This document shows positions 61,439 through 64,000 of a stretch of DNA of 64,000 nucleotides, in pieces. Each line of letters opens with the position of its first letter. Within the stretch, counting starts at the first letter, position 1. Source of the DNA: Candidatus Wolfebacteria bacterium. GTDB lineage: Bacteria > Patescibacteriota > Minisyncoccia > UBA6257 > UBA9933. The stretch is from assembly GCA_024654025.1 (NCBI GenBank), contig JANLIR010000002.1:168959-232958 (forward strand), in the 5' to 3' direction. The notes under the pieces are model-generated. The model was not told where the DNA came from and made no database searches. It worked only from the letters and a program-made list of their open reading frames with translations. The position numbers were made by a program, and so were the translations under genes.

Positions 61439-62092
61439 ATGGAACAAAGCGTTTTTCCTAAAAGTTTTAAAGAGGAAGTTGAGGAAGCCATGGCGTTGAA
61501 AGGTATGAATGTGCTGAAATTGTCAGAAGCCACAAATATTCCAGAACACTATCTTACGGCGCTTGTCAGCCACCAGTCAAAGAATCTTCCGCCGCCGCCT
61601 TATACAAGAGGATATATTTTAAAGATGGCGGAGGTTTTGAATTTGGACGGCGGTTCTTTGTGGCAGTCATATAGCAAAACTTTAATTTCTAAAACCTCCG
61701 GCAGCGAAGATATTTTACCGTTTAATAGATTTGCCTTAAAGCCGGTAAGCAAAGCGAAAATAGCAGTTGGAATAGTGGTGCTATTTGCTATAATTTATTT
61801 TGGGTGGCGAGCGGGCGGATTTTTTGGAACGCCGGCGATAGAAATAACTAATCCGGCAACTGATAATTTTATTATAAAAGATCCGATTATAAATTTAACC
61901 GGGAAAATAAATCCGCAGGACAAGCTGACAATAAACGGCGAAGAAGTAACTACTGACGGAAAGGGATATTTTGAAAAATATTGGGATTTTCATTTTGGTC
62001 CGGATAACATAACCGCGAAATTGGAATTTAAAGTTAAAAGATTATTAGGCAAAGAAGTCGTAGTTGATAGGCAAATAATTTTTCGGCCGTAA
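61439..62092 (+). CDS. HTH-domain, single-TM protein (RodZ-like)
   Basis: N-terminal HTH-like LKLSEATNIPEHYLTALV, central TM helix, C-terminal beta-rich domain. Confidence 0.5.
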   Translation: MEQSVFPKSFKEEVEEAMALKGMNVLKLSEATNIPEHYLTALVSHQSKNLPPPPYTRGYILKMAEVLNLDGGSLWQSYSKTLISKTSGSEDILPFNRFALKPVSKAKIAVGIVVLFAIIYFGWRAGGFFGTPAIEITNPATDNFIIKDPIINLTGKINPQDKLTINGEEVTTDGKGYFEKYWDFHFGPDNITAKLEFKVKRLLGKEVVVDRQIIFRP

Positions 62093-62227
62093 ACCCCGCA
62101 CCTTTTATGGATATATTTTTTTCGAAGCGGCAAAATGGGGTAAAATTTAATCACTTAAAAATAAATATTTGGAAATTTGAATGCTATAATGCTAAGTAAG
62201 CTTCGCAATCCATAAAAGGTGCGGGGT
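62093..62227. repeat. 20-bp perfect inverted repeat pair bracketing the recA upstream region
   Basis: ACCCCGCACCTTTTATGGAT (62093-62112) against ATCCATAAAAGGTGCGGGGT (62208-62227). Confidence 0.85.
62182..62190 (+). promoter_or_regulatory. candidate extended -10 (TGCTATAAT) for recA
   Basis: TGcTATAAT lies 45 nt upstream of the recA ATG, inside the inverted-repeat element. Confidence 0.35.
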
Positions 62228-62234
62228 AAATAAT

Positions 62235-63257
62235 ATGACAAAAAAAGAAGACAAAAAAACTGCCGTCAGTTCGAAAGACATAGACGAACTTTTGGAATCT
62301 CTTCAGGGTAAATTTGGCGAAGGGGCGATAATGAAACTCGGAGACGCCAAAAAAGTAAATGTTTCGGTTGTGCCGACAGGCTCGTTTTCGCTGGACTTGG
62401 CTTTGGGCGTAGGCGGTTTTCCCAGAGGAAGAATCGTGGAGATTTTCGGGCCGGAATCATCGGGCAAAACCACGTTGGCTTTGCATGCCGTAGCTGAAGC
62501 GCAGAAAAAAGGAGGCAGAGCGGCTTTTATTGACGCCGAACACGCAATGGATCCTGACTACGCCAAACGTTTGGGAGTAAAAATAAACGACCTTTTAATA
62601 TCACAGCCAGACAGCGGAGAAGAAGCGCTTAATATTTTGGAAAATTTGGTGCGTTCGGGGATTATAGATATTGTCGTTATTGATTCGGTTGCGGCGCTTA
62701 CGCCTAAAGCGGAGATAGAAGGGGAAATGGAACAGCAGTCAATCGGCCTTCAAGCGCGGCTGATGTCCAAAGCGCTTCGAAAAGTCACGGCTTTGGCGCA
62801 CAATACCAACACTTTGATAATTTTTATAAACCAGCTTCGGGAAAAAATCGGAATTATGTTTGGCAATCCCGAAACAACCCCCGGCGGACGGGCTCTAAAA
62901 TTTTACGCTTCGGTTAGAATTGATATCAGGCGTATCGCCCAGATAAAAAAAGGCGATGAAGCTGTGGGAAACCGCGTTACCGCTAAAGTGGTAAAAAATA
63001 AAGTTGCCGCGCCGTTTAAAAAGGCGGAATTTGATATTTTATTCGGCCAAGGGATTTCTTACGAGGGCGATGTTTTGACCGCCGCAATCAAATACAGTGC
63101 GATTACAAAATCCGGAAATACTTATATATTTGACGGAGAAAAATTAGGTGTTGGGTTTGACGCCTCCCGTGAAAAACTCAAAGAAGACAAAAAACTTGTG
63201 GAAGAAATTAAAAAGAAAATTTTAGCATTAATTTCTTCTCAAAACGCCGCCAAATAA
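62235..63257 (+). CDS. recA: recombinase RecA
   Basis: [44 protein letters not shown]. Confidence 0.97.
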   Translation: MTKKEDKKTAVSSKDIDELLESLQGKFGEGAIMKLGDAKKVNVSVVPTGSFSLDLALGVGGFPRGRIVEIFGPESSGKTTLALHAVAEAQKKGGRAAFIDAEHAMDPDYAKRLGVKINDLLISQPDSGEEALNILENLVRSGIIDIVVIDSVAALTPKAEIEGEMEQQSIGLQARLMSKALRKVTALAHNTNTLIIFINQLREKIGIMFGNPETTPGGRALKFYASVRIDIRRIAQIKKGDEAVGNRVTAKVVKNKVAAPFKKAEFDILFGQGISYEGDVLTAAIKYSAITKSGNTYIFDGEKLGVGFDASREKLKEDKKLVEEIKKKILALISSQNAAK

Positions 63258-63291
63258 TTTTTAACAACTGTAATTGCGGTTTTGAAATTTA

Positions 63292-64000
63292 TGCGTTTCA
63301 TCGCGGATTTTCATATTCACTCCAAATACTCCCGAGCGACCAGTAAGGATATGATTTTGGAAGAGCTTGACCGCTGGGCTGATGACAAAGGGATTTTGGT
63401 TATGGGAACCGGAGATTTTACGCACCCGGTGTGGATTAATGAAATTAAAACCAAGCTTGAATCTGCGGAGCACGGGCTTTATAAACTTAAAAAAGAACTA
63501 AAACTTCCCACTATAAAAGGAACCTTCAGCGACACGCGTTTTATTTTAACCGCGGAAATTTCCGGAATTTACAGCCGCGGAGGGAAAACAAGAAGGATTC
63601 ATAACATACTTTTTTCTCCAAGCATTGAAGTCGTAGAGAACATCAACAGCGCTCTCTCGGCAATCGGAAATTTAAAATCCGATGGCAGGCCAATTTTGGG
63701 CTTAGACAGTGAAAAGCTGGCGGAAATTGTTTTTGGCATAGATGAAAACGTTGTTATTATTCCGGCGCATGCCTGGACCCCGTGGTTTTCAATATTTGGG
63801 TCAATGTCCGGGTTTGATTCTATAGAAGAATGTTTTGGCAAATACGCGGATAAAATTTTCGCAATTGAAACCGGGCTCTCAAGCGACCCGGCAATGAATT
63901 GGCGGTTGTCCAAGCTCGATAAAATTGCTTTGATTTCCAATTCAGACTCGCATTCTTTGCAAAAAATTGGCAGGGAAGCGAATGTATTAGATACGGAATT
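63292..64000 (+). CDS. PHP-domain protein, EndoQ/TIGR00375-like (partial, runs off the window)
   Basis: Hand translation: MRFIADFHIHSKYSRATSKDM...IIPAHAWTPWFSIFG...NSDSHS. Open to the end of the window, so it is absent from the ORF track. Confidence 0.65.

Noticed and set aside
62093-62227. recA upstream inverted repeat as a LexA/SOS box
   Set aside because: The arms are 95 nt apart, not a compact operator. No known SOS-box consensus is visible, and the same arm core occurs at unrelated loci.

Overview
This is a low-GC, gene-dense bacterial window with mostly housekeeping genes. These include gyrA, rpsO-pnp, rpsT, ruvA, a Mur ligase, ftsH, comEC, rpsB-tsf, rpmG, a cysteine desulfurase, clpB, parAB and polX. 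They also include smpB-ssrA-infC-rpmI-rplT, argS, folD, pth, lepB, hisS, rpsU, rpiB, trpS, RNase J, secG, ftsK and recA. The gene content and style suggest a CPR/Patescibacteria-like organism: T4SS-pilin-like small proteins, a two-ORF ComEC, a short EF-Ts, free-standing LAGLIDADG genes, and native genes with no Shine-Dalgarno. That placement is inference only. I found no rRNA and no CRISPR array. The unusual observations are listed below.

1. Two tRNA-in-tRNA arrangements. A complete tRNA-Val(UAC) sits inside the anticodon loop of a second, otherwise perfect tRNA-Val. A complete tRNA-Thr(UGU) sits inside a Thr-like tRNA shell.
2. A translationally coupled 5-gene minus-strand operon (19395-24196). 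It encodes a split rifampicin-phosphotransferase/PEP-synthase-like enzyme, an extra stand-alone phosphohistidine swivel domain, an unknown protein and a histidine phosphatase.
3. Short GC-rich palindromes inserted in frame in housekeeping genes (cysteine desulfurase, xer, hisS, trpS, gyrA, argS). This resembles the Rickettsia palindromic element phenomenon.
4. Blocks of about five degenerate heptanucleotide repeats (about 35 nt), both between genes and inside essential CDSs (pnp, argS, folD, cysteine desulfurase).
5. Seven visibly GC-richer small gene cassettes. Each has a strong GGAGG-type RBS and its own terminator hairpin, and each is wedged between native genes that lack SD sequences.
6. 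A tRNA-Leu whose 3' end is duplicated 160 bp downstream, next to a tyrosine recombinase gene.
7. Several inverted-repeat (MITE-like) elements that share a CCCCGCAC core.

All coordinates were derived by hand from the printed sequence. No database search or computation was run.
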